Origin: Oopsacas minuta
Lineage: Eukaryota; Animalia; Porifera
DNA length: 29,365 nucleotides
NCBI GenBank assembly: GCA_024704765.1
Contig: JAKMXF010000067.1
Span: 1 to 29,365, forward strand
Direction of reading: 5' to 3'
The notes under the pieces are model-generated. The model was not told the origin of the DNA. It made no database searches and saw only the letters and a program-made list of their open reading frames with translations. Within the stretch, counting starts at the first letter, position 1, and each line of letters begins with the position of its first letter. The position numbers were made by a program, and so were the translations under genes. Of this stretch, positions 10,213-21,229 are shown piece after piece.

Positions 10213-11253
10213 ATTAATATAGCTAGCATTGATATAATTACAGTCAAAATGTGGAGAATCTAATACAACTCTGTTTTCATCAAATGGTAGAATGTTTTTG
10301 ATTGGATTCTTTTGCAAATTTTCCTTTTTCGATGCATCGTCACTTTCTGGTACAACAGCGTTCTTAGAATCTTTATTTAATTTTTGAAATTCTACAGAAA
10401 ATAATGAATCATTTCCTATTCCAGATTCTACATACTGTTGATACATTGTAGGGAATTCTTTTATTGGTATGAATTTAGCTGTGAATTTGCTTTCTTCCTT
10501 TACAGAATTCATGGGTGTGTATTCTTCATAAGTCAGGACTTCCTTCATTTCTATATAACCTCTTTTCTCTTTTTTTTGTTACATTTTGGTGTGGAATATT
10601 TGACAAATTTGCATAACCTCGTTCATTAGGATTAGTGGGTGCGTCTAGAGTAGTTAACGATGTCTCATCTATTGTCATATACTCAGGGTTTGTATTTACT
10701 GAGAGATCTATGTACTCTTTAGATTGTGGATTGATCTCCGATAGAATAGTATAATCAGGATTACTTTCGTCACCTATTATATTGGATCGGGAGGGTTTAG
10801 GACACTGAGATAGTTTTCCCTTTGTTGGTCTTCTTTTCTTTATGTATAGAAAGATGAATATTGGAACTAGAATAATTGTAGTTACAATTATACATGTGAT
10901 CAATAATAGCATAATGATTATTATCGGTACCAGTGCACTGTTTGTTACTGATTCTGTTAGAGTTAGTATAGTAATATGTGCTGTGGTATATTCCACGCCA
11001 GAACTTGTAGAGCGAAACAATGAGAAAGTCTCGTTAAACTTAGAAGGCATTTCAGATATGCTATATGTAGATGTAATGATTATATTATTTACATTTGCAA
11101 TCATCCATACACATACAGGTAGGCTGCAGGTTAACGTAATATCCTTTGTTCCTTGAAGTATACTGATTACTTGTGGAGATGGAAATAATTCATTACTAAT
11201 ATCACTTGTGGTAAAGGTGTACCCTTCATAACTGATTGTTACTTCTACTGTAT
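10213..11253 (-). CDS. Large exon: last Ig-like domain, TM helix, Tyr-motif-rich tail and N-terminal part of a PTP-fold domain; +1 frameshift in the A8 run 10570-10577; truncated at N 10212
   Basis: Acceptor tttacag at 11254. TM LVPIIIIMLLLITCIIVTTIILVPIFIFLY followed by KKRR. Removing one A joins TKKEKRGYIEMKEV... to EFQKL...KNPIKNILPFDENRVVL...NYINASYIN (PTP motifs 1-4). Confidence 0.88.
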
Positions 11254-11305
11254 CTGTAAACATATGATAGATAATTTAATGATTTAATATATAATATCAA
11301 CAAAC

Positions 11306-11584
11306 CTTTGATTGCTAGCTGGAGACTTCCTAGAGAAGTTACTGGACTCATCCTATAAAACGAAGTTAAGGTATGCAAACCTGCTCCCACATTGGAGAAT
11401 ACTGCACTCAACACCACTGGATTCGGATACTCAATGCTGTAATTCTTATTGTCATCATATTTAACAGTGTCTGTTGTCCAAAGTATTATGTTATCCGAAC
11501 TACTTTTACTAGAATAGTAGAGCTTTGAAATAGTATCACTCACTGAATAATTAACTTGTATATTCTTTTCCAAGTTCGATACAA
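11306..11584 (-). CDS. Phase 1-1 ectodomain exon (F), probably a divergent Ig-like beta domain
   Basis: 279 bp, open, ag|TTGTATCG...ATCAAAG|gtttg. The fold assignment is an inference. Confidence 0.75.
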
Positions 11585-11641
11585 CTAGATAGAGACAAAT
11601 ACATGATATTCATTATATATTAAATATTGTTACCACCATAC

Positions 11642-11920
11642 CTGTTACTGAATCAATATTGATTTGTATGACGCAGACTTCTTCCCCATCCCAGTTTGTA
11701 ACATACAATTTATACAATCCAGCATTCTGTGACGTAATACCTGGAATTATTATAGTAACTGTTGGATCATTTCCATCTGGGAGTAACCATTTCCCCTCCA
11801 CATTCTTTGAAATTACAATGTCTATTACACCAACAGAAATGTTTAGAGTTTTCATGGTTGGATAAAGTGCTGAAAAACTCTCAATAGTATTGTCACCATA
11901 TCTGACAATTATTTGTGGTA
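11642..11920 (-). CDS. Ig-like exon (E type)
   Basis: 279 bp, open, phase 1-1. VPQI...P...GKW..PDG...I...NAGLY.LY..NW.G.E....QI.I, homologous to 23729-24022 and 27521-27811. Confidence 0.85.
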
Positions 11921-11978
11921 CTAGAAAAAAATATGTATGTTACAATATAGTGTAATGATATACAAGTCGTATCAGTAC

Positions 11979-12224
11979 CTATAAAACGGATGAGGTTTGT
12001 TGAAATTTCAGGCCCATTTCTCGAACAACTAGTACTATAGTTCTCTGCTGACGAAATATCAATCATACTGGCTATATTGATAGGATTGGGTAGAGTAGCA
12101 CTACCCTCCCCAATTGACCATTCTAATAGAGACAAACTACCGCCATCCATAGGATCACATAGTACTAATACATCCTGTCTGTCTAGTCCTACTATATAGT
12201 TGTATGTAGTTCCTGATATTGCAA
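11979..12224 (-). CDS. Ig-like exon (D type)
   Basis: 246 bp, open, phase 1-1. VA...TY.YIVG.D..D.L.LCDP...GSLS...W...NPINI...C, homologous to 23433-23663. Confidence 0.85.
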
Positions 12225-12285
12225 CTAGATGGGAGATTAGAATTATACATAGTTTAACTAATCAAAGAGTACCAAATATGCTGAC

Positions 12286-12582
12286 CTGTTGTTAAGGATG
12301 CATCATATAACCCAATCGTATAAGTTAATGAATTGGCTTGACACTGATAATAACCTTGTTTGGTAATATCAACTGCTAGCTAACTCAATCCTACTTCTGT
12401 ACTACTATATGTTGCTATAAGTACCTCACTATCTGATAAATCTGAGTTTTCTGAAAAAGTCCATACGATATCAGTACTCTCTTCTCTTCCACAGGCTAGC
12501 GTATGTGGGGTGAACAAAAAAGTGTTTTTTCTAATTGTTTCAAAGTCTAATCTTCCATTTGTAAGTTGTCCAAATCCTCCAA
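12286..12582 (-). pseudogene. Ig-like exon (C type) with in-frame TAG at 12382-12380
   Basis: 297-bp phase 1-1 exon reading GLS*LAVDITKQGYYQC where the paralogs read GLSWL / GWSWL (TGG>TAG). Confidence 0.85.
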
Positions 12583-12650
12583 CTAAACCATAATATTGAT
12601 TATTTCCTGAAACGACTGGCATAATATATATATGGCATAATATTCCTGAC

Positions 12651-12958
12651 CTGTTGTTACAGATGAAAGTCTTTTACATAGAAAAGCATTTAGCATTGTT
12701 CCACAGTCCACACTCCTCCAACTACCCTCTCCAGCTCTGATTATTTCAACACAATCTTCATTACTAAAAGATGGTTCACTCCCCGTCCAGTTTGTATGAC
12801 TATAAACTGAACCATCAGTCCAGATATATGTTCCCTCTACACTCCTATCATTCAATCCTATCCAGCAATTACTCACTGTATCAGGGATAATAGTGTATAA
12901 GTAATTATTCTCTCTCTCTGTAGTAATACTAGTCAAGTCACCACCCCATACAGCACAA
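12651..12958 (-). CDS. C-type lectin domain exon, type B (5' part lost in the N gap)
   Basis: CAVWGGDLTSI...CWIGLND...YIWTDG...EPS...DCVEI...W..VDC....AFLCK, with donor ACAG|gtcagg. Confidence 0.92.
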
Positions 12959-13903
12959 NNNNNNNNNNNNNNNNNNNNNNNNNNNNNNNNNNNNNNNNNN
13001 NNNNNNNNNNNNNNNNNNNNNNNNNNNNNNNNNNNNNNNNNNNNNNNNNNNNNNNNNNNNNNNNNNNNNNNNNNNNNNNNNNNNNNNNNNNNNNNNNNNN
13101 NNNNNNNNNNNNNNNNNNNNNNNNNNNNNNNNNNNNNNNNNNNNNNNNNNNNNNNNNNNNNNNNNNNNNNNNNNNNNNNNNNNNNNNNNNNNNNNNNNNN
13201 NNNNNNNNNNNNNNNNNNNNNNNNNNNNNNNNNNNNNNNNNNNNNNNNNNNNNNNNNNNNNNNNNNNNNNNNNNNNNNNNNNNNNNNNNNNNNNNNNNNN
13301 NNNNNNNNNNNNNNNNNNNNNNNNNNNNNNNNNNNNNNNNNNNNNNNNNNNNNNNNNNNNNNNNNNNNNNNNNNNNNNNNNNNNNNNNNNNNNNNNNNNN
13401 NNNNNNNNNNNNNNNNNNNNNNNNNNNNNNNNNNNNNNNNNNNNNNNNNNNNNNNNNNNNNNNNNNNNNNNNNNNNNNNNNNNNNNNNNNNNNNNNNNNN
13501 NNNNNNNNNNNNNNNNNNNNNNNNNNNNNNNNNNNNNNNNNNNNNNNNNNNNNNNNNNNNNNNNNNNNNNNNNNNNNNNNNNNNNNNNNNNNNNNNNNNN
13601 NNNNNNNNNNNNNNNNNNNNNNNNNNNNNNNNNNNNNNNNNNNNNNNNNNNNNNNNNNNNNNNNNNNNNNNNNNNNNNNNNNNNNNNNNNNNNNNNNNNN
13701 NNNNNNNNNNNNNNNNNNNNNNNNNNNNNNNNNNNNNNNNNNNNNNNNNNNNNNNNNNNNNNNNNNNNNNNNNNNNNNNNNNNNNNNNNNNNNNNNNNNN
13801 NNNNNNNNNNNNNNNNNNNNNNNNNNNNNNNNNNNNNNNNNNNNNNNNNNNNNNNNNNNNNNNNNNNNNNNNNNNNNNNNNNNNNNNNNNNNNNNNNNNN
13901 NNN
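12959..13903. other. Assembly gap (945 N)
   Basis: Run of N. The long X-filled ORFs over it are artefacts. Confidence 1.
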
Positions 13904-14238
13904 TGGTAAAAATTGTTCAATCCGATTGGAAATTTCAATCTGGGGTAACTCGCCTACGTAGAATTCAAATATCAAGTCAGAAATTATAGATTCTTAATAG
14001 GCTTTGAATTACCACATATTTTGATTATCAATAATTATCTAATAATTATTATAATTAACACCTTCAAAAAAGTGTAAATCGAAAATATTTTTTTGAAATT
14101 CTTGAAAAACATATGTTATTCTATACAAATTACTAGATAGCAGCTACGAATATAGACTACACAATATATAGGAGCGGGAAAGAGTATACAATTTATGACA
14201 ATATATTTGTGTGGTCGAATACTTTTGTCCCCTGACTG
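13904..14238 (-). mobile_element. Tc1-like element terminus running toward the gap
   Basis: Minus strand TA|CAGTCAGGGGACAAAAGTATTCGACCAC resembles Tc1 TIRs. The first ~140 bp are near-identical to 21486-21624, while the flanks outside the TA differ. Confidence 0.6.
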
Positions 14239-14896
14239 TAGATTATCATTCTTATGTATACTTATTTCGAGAAGATAGCAAGGTGTTCGGGCTTTACCAA
14301 TCCAGTCAGAGGCTCTGGGAACTGATTTCAGTTGGTCAGATTGATCTATACAATATACATGGCAAAAGCACTCTTCGACTGGTTGGAGGGGGATCCAGGA
14401 TACGAACAAGTCTGCTGAGTTAGAATTGAGAGTGTAGTATTTCGACAATAAGCAGGACCGACTTAACTATGCGACAAAGGGACAGCTGCCTTAGGACTCT
14501 TGTATAATTACGGGGCTCTCGTGAATTTAATTGCGTTTTAATAGTATAGATATTGTCCCAATGCTGGTCATTGCCCATTAGACGATCACTTTTAGTTTTG
14601 TAGAATATCAATAATTTATTATTACAGACCAGTAATCAAGTAATCAGTTATAAAGGAGTGAGCTCCAAATAGCACCGTTCCTATTTTGGAAAGCGAGACT
14701 TGGACACGCTCCATTTTTGGAGGAGCGCACACATTGGAGCGAGCTCCCATTAAGTACAATTTACAGAATTCAGTGAAATTTTGCATAAAATTCAGTTCTT
14801 GTGATAAAAGTGGATGATGGGATACTTTTTCATAATTTACTTATATATAATAATTGATTGAAATGGTTTGACAGATATTTAGCAATTTCCTGAATA

Positions 14897-15313
14897 CAGT
14901 ATTTATTCTAATAGTAGCCGGGACAATTATATACTTTAACCCCCTCCTTAGGGGGGGGTGCGAATGTTCGAATGAAGTGATTAGGTAGGTACTAGGTAGG
15001 TATTCATTTTATCCGCACTAAATAGAGTATTGCCATTAGTATTTACATTAACTTACTATTTGAAGAAATAAGTTTCGCTAGGGTACTGGGTAAACACCTT
15101 CCTATACTTGTACCCTCCATATCGTTGTTTATTTCCCTTGAGTATACGTCTTGTGAGTCTTGTGTGTGTAGTGTATGTATTACAGTCTAGTGTTTATAAT
15201 TCGACTTATTAACAATTCGAGGTAGGCGATTATTCGGGGTAGGCCGATTATTAATTTCAACCCCCAAAAAGGGGGGATTACTTGAATAGGGGCTACTATT
15301 CGAATAAATACAG
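14897..15313. mobile_element. Tc1/pogo-type MITE, 417 bp, TA TSD
   Basis: TA|CAGTATTTATTCTAATAGTAGCC versus reverse complement of the right end TA|CTGTATTTATTCGAATAGTAGCC (21/23). Confidence 0.8.
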
Positions 15314-15847
15314 TATACAATGGTTGAATTCAACCCTGATGCTGTATAATACAAATCTAATGAAAAGTAGCAAGATTGGAGCGCGGAGCGGGAAGGCTCT
15401 CCAAAAATGAGGAACATTTAATGTTCTGCAAGTAATGCCTGAAAATTTTCAACTAATACTGTATTCGTCAGGACTGCCAAAGCTAGTAATAAAATATGAT
15501 AGATGTATGTTAAAATTCCATCCAATTTCATAAAAATGGTTATGTGAATCCTGTAAAGGTAATATGTACGTAATATACGTATTAAGGTTAGGTATTTATA
15601 GTGAGTAGCGCATGCACTGAATATGAGTGAAGGGTAATTATGTAAAAATTATGTCTCAACAGCTGAAATAGCACGTAGGGGGTATTTAGAGTTAATCCGT
15701 CAAAGTTCTCCCACAATTATGTGAATAGCTTTCAAAACACACTATAACAACAAATAGGTTAGTAATTAGGGTTAATACATAAGAATTTATACATAAAAAG
15801 GCCTCCACAGGGTAAATATACATAAATAAATGCAATAGATTTGCTAC

Positions 15848-15875
15848 TCATATGTAGCGTATGCGCTACATATGA
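15848..15875. repeat. Perfect 12-bp-stem hairpin TCATATGTAGCG-TATG-CGCTACATATGA
   Basis: Direct reading of the sequence. Confidence 0.85.
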
Positions 15876-16047
15876 AATACATTGTTTTATTTAATTTGAC
15901 TATAATCTTGAATCGTTACAATTTACATACGAAACCTTCAATGTTATTAATCCAATCAGCTGTACATTCCCGAACAAACAGTAAGATATAACAAACTAAG
16001 AGTAAATACTGTAAATACAATACTCGGAAACAAATTGAAACAGAATA

Positions 16048-16231
16048 CAGTGAAACTTCATTTATACGAACACTAACGGACGGTCAAAAGTTGTCCGCCT
16101 TATCCAGAGTTTGTACTAACCGGAGTAAAACCAATTGAATAAGCATTATAGGGAACTGATTTTGTGTGATTATCTGTTCGTTTAATCTGGTAATTCATAG
16201 TAACCATGTTAGTATTAATGAAATTCCACTG
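16048..16231. mobile_element. Tc1/mariner-type MITE, 184 bp, TA TSD
   Basis: TA|CAGTGAAACTTCATTTATAC versus reverse complement of the right end TA|CAGTGGAATTTCATTAATAC. Confidence 0.75.
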
Positions 16232-17630
16232 TATTTCTCAAATCCAGCAAAATCTTTTGTCCTGATAAGCAAGTAGAATATGAAACTGATTCGCATACAA
16301 CCATAACTATCATTAAACATGTCTCATTGTCTATTTATAACACAAGAATATACAAATAGAATATATGTATAACAATTAAAACAAGAAACTTAATAGAAAA
16401 GTATTCACAAAATGCTAGAACATCACGATGTAAATTAGAGATGAATAGAACAATATTCATTTAGGAGAGAATAGCAAGTTGTATAACATGCCTATAAGAA
16501 GAATAGATAGTAGTAATATAGTAAGAAGAATTGGCACAAGGTGTTATAGATGGACTCGCGTTCTGTTGAAATTATTGTTACTTATCGAATATAATATGGA
16601 AACATTCAAACTAGTGACACAAGATAATACTAGATAATTGACCTGGTAAAATTGATGGCATTGGTGAACTTACAGGAGAAGTTTTATCCTGACGAATACG
16701 TGGTAAAAACTTTAGAGCTCAATCATAAATACTTTCCGGAATATTTAGTATCTTGGCTAGTACTTCCTAATTTGTCCTCAAACCACCTACCCATAAGGGC
16801 AAAGTACATTTCAGTAGACACATTATTAGTAAATTGATCTTATATCAATTATTGTTTACAACATGAGGTACACATGTAATGGTCATATTTGTAAATGTTT
16901 TTATGGTACTTGCAGCAAATGTAAACTTTACCCAAATCCTGTAAAGCAGATTTTGGCCGCAGAGAGGGAATACCCATGAGATATGTCATAAATTGTCACT
17001 ATATTGATAGGCATCAATCATGCTATAAAGTTTTAAAATAAATAGACTATTTCCGCTTATAGGTAATGGAATTTCTATAATATTTGCAATAAATGATATT
17101 TTATCTTCCTCGATTTCCCAGGAACTTTTCAGCTGACATTTTCGCCTGACTAAGAATGCAGAACTCGGCCTGTATACCAGCTAGATTCAAAAACTCAACC
17201 GTTTGGATAGATCTCTGTCTGTATGAAATTGTCTCGTGCGCTTTATCAATTTTGATAGCGGAATTTCAAACTTTTTATCCATAATGTTGTCGCGAATATT
17301 ACTGAAATTTGGAATCTACACTGTGGTCCAGATTCGAAATAAAAATTCAGAAACATCCGAACACAGGAACAAGTAAAGTACTGTAGTGTATGATTATTAC
17401 TATGTCTAACTATTCCCTTGAATATATAGGTATTAGAGACATAGATAATCAATTAGAAAAATATTCTAGGAATCAAGATTGAAAACTGAAACTGAGGAAC
17501 TAAATACGAATCTCAGAAATTTGATATATTTAGTTGTGTGAAATCATTAAAGTGTGAAAGTATATCGTCAAAACAATAAAATTTCTACAAACGATGACAA
17601 GAATGTATATGACAGTTAGAAAAGACTTAC

Positions 17631-18182
17631 CAAGGTAGGAACCATGTTCATTCTCTGTCTACGTAAGTCCTTAACAGCATTGAAGATATTAATAGATTTT
17701 CTTATGTTAAGATCTCTAATGGAATTCAACACTGTTATTATTATGCCAGTCTTAGAGATACCATCTTCACAATGTATGATTATAGAAACAGTATTTGAGT
17801 CTTGTTTCTGTTTCAGAATTTTGTTGAGAAGTACGATAACACATAACGAATCATGTACAGTGCCATCTTCATTCCATATTGGAGAAATACACTGAGTGAA
17901 TGAGTGTTCCTTTCCTGTTAAAGTATTCTTCAAACATATTTCCTGTTTCACAAATGCATTCGTTTCAGTAGAATTGATCAAAGTAGAAACAAAAGATTCA
18001 CAATTGAAAAGTTCATCCTTCTTAGGCCAGTAGCAGACATGATTAGATATTCCACTGAGTATCTTAGCTTTCTCCTTTCTCGTAGTCAGCATTATCACCA
18101 TACTAGCTTCTGTTTGATAGATCATTTGTAGGAAATCTAGATGTGTCTCTTTAGTTGGATTGATGGTAGCAATGAATTGATA
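17631..18182 (-). CDS. PTP-fold domain, C-terminal part, copy 1 (likely pseudophosphatase)
   Basis: YQFIATINP...DFLQMIYQ...VIML...CYWP...IIIHCEDGISKTG...NAVK.LRRQRMNMVPTL|gtaagt. It starts at the N join. The stop at 17616 is probably read-through into an intron. Confidence 0.88.
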
Positions 18183-18183
18183 N

Positions 18184-18747
18184 TATATTAATGATTATCA
18201 ATTCATTGCTACCATCAATCCAACTCAAGAGACACATCTAGATTTCCTACAAATGATCTATCAAACAGAAGCTAGTATGGTGATAATGCTAACTACAAGA
18301 AAGGAAAAAGCTAAGATACTCAGTGGGATATCTAATCGTGTTTGTTACTGGCCAAAAAAGGATAAACCTATCAATAGTGAACCTTTTGTATCTACTTTGA
18401 TCAATTCTACTGAAACGAATGCATTTGTGAAACAGGAAATCTCTTTGAAGAATACTTTAGCAGGGAAGGAACACTCATTTACTCAGTGTATTTCTCCACT
18501 ATGGAATGAAGATGGTACATTGAATGATGTATTATCTGCAATCGCCCTTCTGATTAGAATTATGAAACAGAAACAAGGCTCAAATAATGTTCCTATAATA
18601 ATACATTGTGAAGATGGTATCTCTAAGACTGGCATCATGATGACAGTGTTGAATTCTATTAAAGAACTTAACATGAGAAAATCTATTAACATCTTCAATG
18701 CTGTTAAGAACTTGCGTAGACAGAGAATGAACATGGTTCCTACCTTG
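18184..18747 (+). CDS. PTP-fold domain, C-terminal part, copy 2 (likely pseudophosphatase)
   Basis: YINDYQFIATINPTQETHLDFLQMIYQ...HCEDGISKTG...MVPTL|gtaagt (donor at 18748). The first 9 nt equal the last 9 nt of the PTP N-half ending at 10213. Confidence 0.88.
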
Positions 18748-21194
18748 GTAAGTATTATCTAACTGTCATATACATTCCTGTCCTCATTTGTAAGAAAATA
18801 TATTGTTTTTACGATATATTTCAATGATTTCATACTACTAAATATAGAGAATTACTGAAATTCGTTTTGGATTTAGTTTTCAATCCAAATTCCTTAAGTG
18901 TTTGCAATCCCATTTTGATCAGTATTTCTATACCTACCTGTCCTACGGAGAGTATTCCCTACAATACTAATACTTGTTCCAGTCTTCGGATGTTTTTGAA
19001 GTAATGACTTCAAAACTGCCCAGCATTCCAAAAATTCGATAATATTTTTATGTAACATTATGGGTAAACGTTTCTAATTTTCTAAAGCCAATTCCTCATA
19101 TTGTTTTTTGAGAAGCTGGCTGTCTATATTTCTCGAATTATGTTTGAAATATGTTCCAGATCTACTGTCTTACAAAGAATTTTTTACAGCATGCATCATT
19201 ATTTTGGTCAATTATAGTTGGGCAGTTGGGTTTACCTGGAAGCACAAATTCATCAATTTCGTAAGAAATTCTTTAATGTGTTTTAACAATCAAGTGAGAC
19301 AATTTTCATACAGGTTATTCAAAACGGTTGAGTTTTAGAATCTATCTGATATAGAGGCCGACTGGCAGAGTTTGGCATTCTTAGCCAGGTAAAATGGCGG
19401 CTGAAAAGTTCCTGAAAATCGAGGAAGACGAAACACCACTTTTTCACCGAAAAAATGGCCATTTATTGTAAATATTATACAAATTCCTGTACTATAAGCG
19501 TAAATAATCCATTCATTGAACTATATAGCATGGTTGATGCCTATCAATATAGTGGCAATTTATGGCGTAATCTCATGCCTCTGATGGCCAAAATCTGCTT
19601 TCCAGGTGGTTTGGGGGCAAATTGACATTTGTGTGCAAATAATATAAAAAATATTTACAGATAAGGCCATGAAATGTATACATCATGTTGTAAACATATG
19701 ACAGATAATACTTATGCAATAATTGATATAACTATTGGAGTGTACTTTGCCCTTATGGCTGGGTGGTTTGATGACAAAATTAGGGCTTGCTAGCCAAAAT
19801 GCTAGATATTTCGGAAAGTATTTATGATAGTGCTCTAAATTTTCCACCACGTATTAGTATGATAGAGAACTATCGAAAAATGTAATAATATCACTTTGGG
19901 AGTAAATTGGAATCTGTGGAAGTGCAGGGTAAACCGTACCCTTCAAGCTCACCAATGTTATCCCTTTCACCAGATCAATTATCTAGTATTATTTTGCATG
20001 ACTAGTTTGAATGTTTCCATATTATATTCGATTAGTAACTATAATTTCGACAGAACGTCAGTTCATCCATAACACCCTTATACCAATTCTTCATACTATA
20101 TTTCTATTATCTATTCCTCTTATAGGCATGTTATACAACTTGCTATTCTCTCCTAAATGAATATTGCTCTATTCATCTCTAATTTACATCGTGATGTTCT
20201 AACATTTTGTGAATACTTTTCTATTAAGTTTCTTGTTTTAATTGTTACACATATATTCTATTTGTATATTCTTGTGTTATAATAGTCAATGAAACATGCT
20301 TAATGATAGTTATGATTGTTTGCATGCGAATCAGTTTCATATTCTACTCGCGTATCAAAGCAAAACTGTCCAACTGTGGCAGACTGGGAGTGCAAGTCAG
20401 GATTATTTGTTTGTGTTATGATTAATCATATTCAATATGATTAATTGTGTAAAACTACATACCTAACATCTTTTGAATAAAATGCAATAAGTTACCAAGT
20501 GTGATTAATCATATGATAAATAATTTTGATAAGATTTAAAATGTCAAAATTGTAATCTAAATATTTTACTATACCTTACTAGCAGTTAAAACGAAATCTC
20601 TAGCATGATTTTGAAAAATATGCAAAGGTGTAAAATGTGATTATTCATATTATAATCTGTGAATATGGCACTTTCTGACTCGAAATTTCTCAACATCGGA
20701 CTCTACGCACCCAATTACTCCTGACAGCATGTTCAAACCTAATCTCTAGCTTGGGCGCTGGCGTTATTTCCGCCTCCTCTCAGCCCTTTTCCGGCTCCGA
20801 TTTTAGCTATAAATTGAAATAAAGTGTGACTGGTTGATTTATTTAGATTGTGCTTACAATATGTACTTACCATTATGAGGTTTTCATATGTTTTAAGCAT
20901 TTGTGTAGAAATGGATGCCCACAACGTCTGCGGAAACCTCATCCCAGAATGATTATATTTATTCAGATTATCAAATTGTAAATAGTTACAAATTTATGTA
21001 TTTATATCGGGGAGGATCCGAGTATTGAAATAACGAGAAAATATATAATTATCAACTTGATCTAAAATATATCACAATTATTTAGTTCCATGTGGGCATT
21101 GTTTTGCCAGTAATTGTTGGTAAGTGAGTCATCAGCTCAGGTGGTGTATCTGTTGATAAGTGTGTTACATATTGTAATAAATACTGTGTATTCA

Positions 21195-21229
21195 ACTCCA
21201 GGAGCCGTTGAATAAACTGCTCCTGGAGT
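21195..21229. repeat. GC-rich hairpin ACTCCAGGAGC-c-GTT-gaata-AAC-t-GCTCCTGGAGT
   Basis: 11-bp perfect stem plus a 3-bp inner stem. Confidence 0.8.

Larger units (their letters stand above)
16250..20365. repeat. Two ~2-kb paralogous segments (about 16250-18182 on minus, about 18196-20365 on plus) placed head-to-head at the single N 18183
   Basis: Each is a PTP C-half plus downstream non-coding DNA, alignable by eye with substitutions and indels (e.g. the reverse complement of 16250-16500 matches 20121-20365). Confidence 0.88.

Noticed and set aside
10212-10263. C-terminus INIASIDIITVKMWRI of the LRR-EGF ORF
   Set aside because: It lies beyond the single-N join and is the antisense of the PTP N-half, not part of the LRR protein.
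13904-13955. Possible minus-strand exon start (GELPQIEISNRIEQFLP, or FPIGLNNFY in another frame)
   Set aside because: Too short, the frame is ambiguous, and it may lie inside a TE; it cannot be supported.
12583-13975. Long ORFs 12583-13938 and 12938-13975
   Set aside because: They consist mostly of N translated as X and are gap artefacts.
14100-14238. Conserved ~140-bp block as shared promoter or first exon of the lectin genes
   Set aside because: It starts precisely at a TA-CAGT Tc1-like TIR with non-homologous flanks, and no phase-compatible signal-peptide exon was found.
14360-14420. YMAKALFDW resembling an SH3 start
   Set aside because: No downstream SH3 motifs, and stops nearby.
15460-16701. 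13-bp inverted match GTATTCGTCAGGA at about 15461 and about 16688
   Set aside because: Short, with no TSD or terminal context; likely chance.
17616-18762. Biological palindrome or hairpin of two PTP genes
   Set aside because: Both copies start mid-domain exactly at an N, the arms are clearly diverged, and the 9-bp overlap with 10213 points to mis-scaffolding.
20739-20942. Minus-strand segment with a GTAAGT...TTTATAG intron-like pair
   Set aside because: No spliced frame gives a recognisable or long protein.
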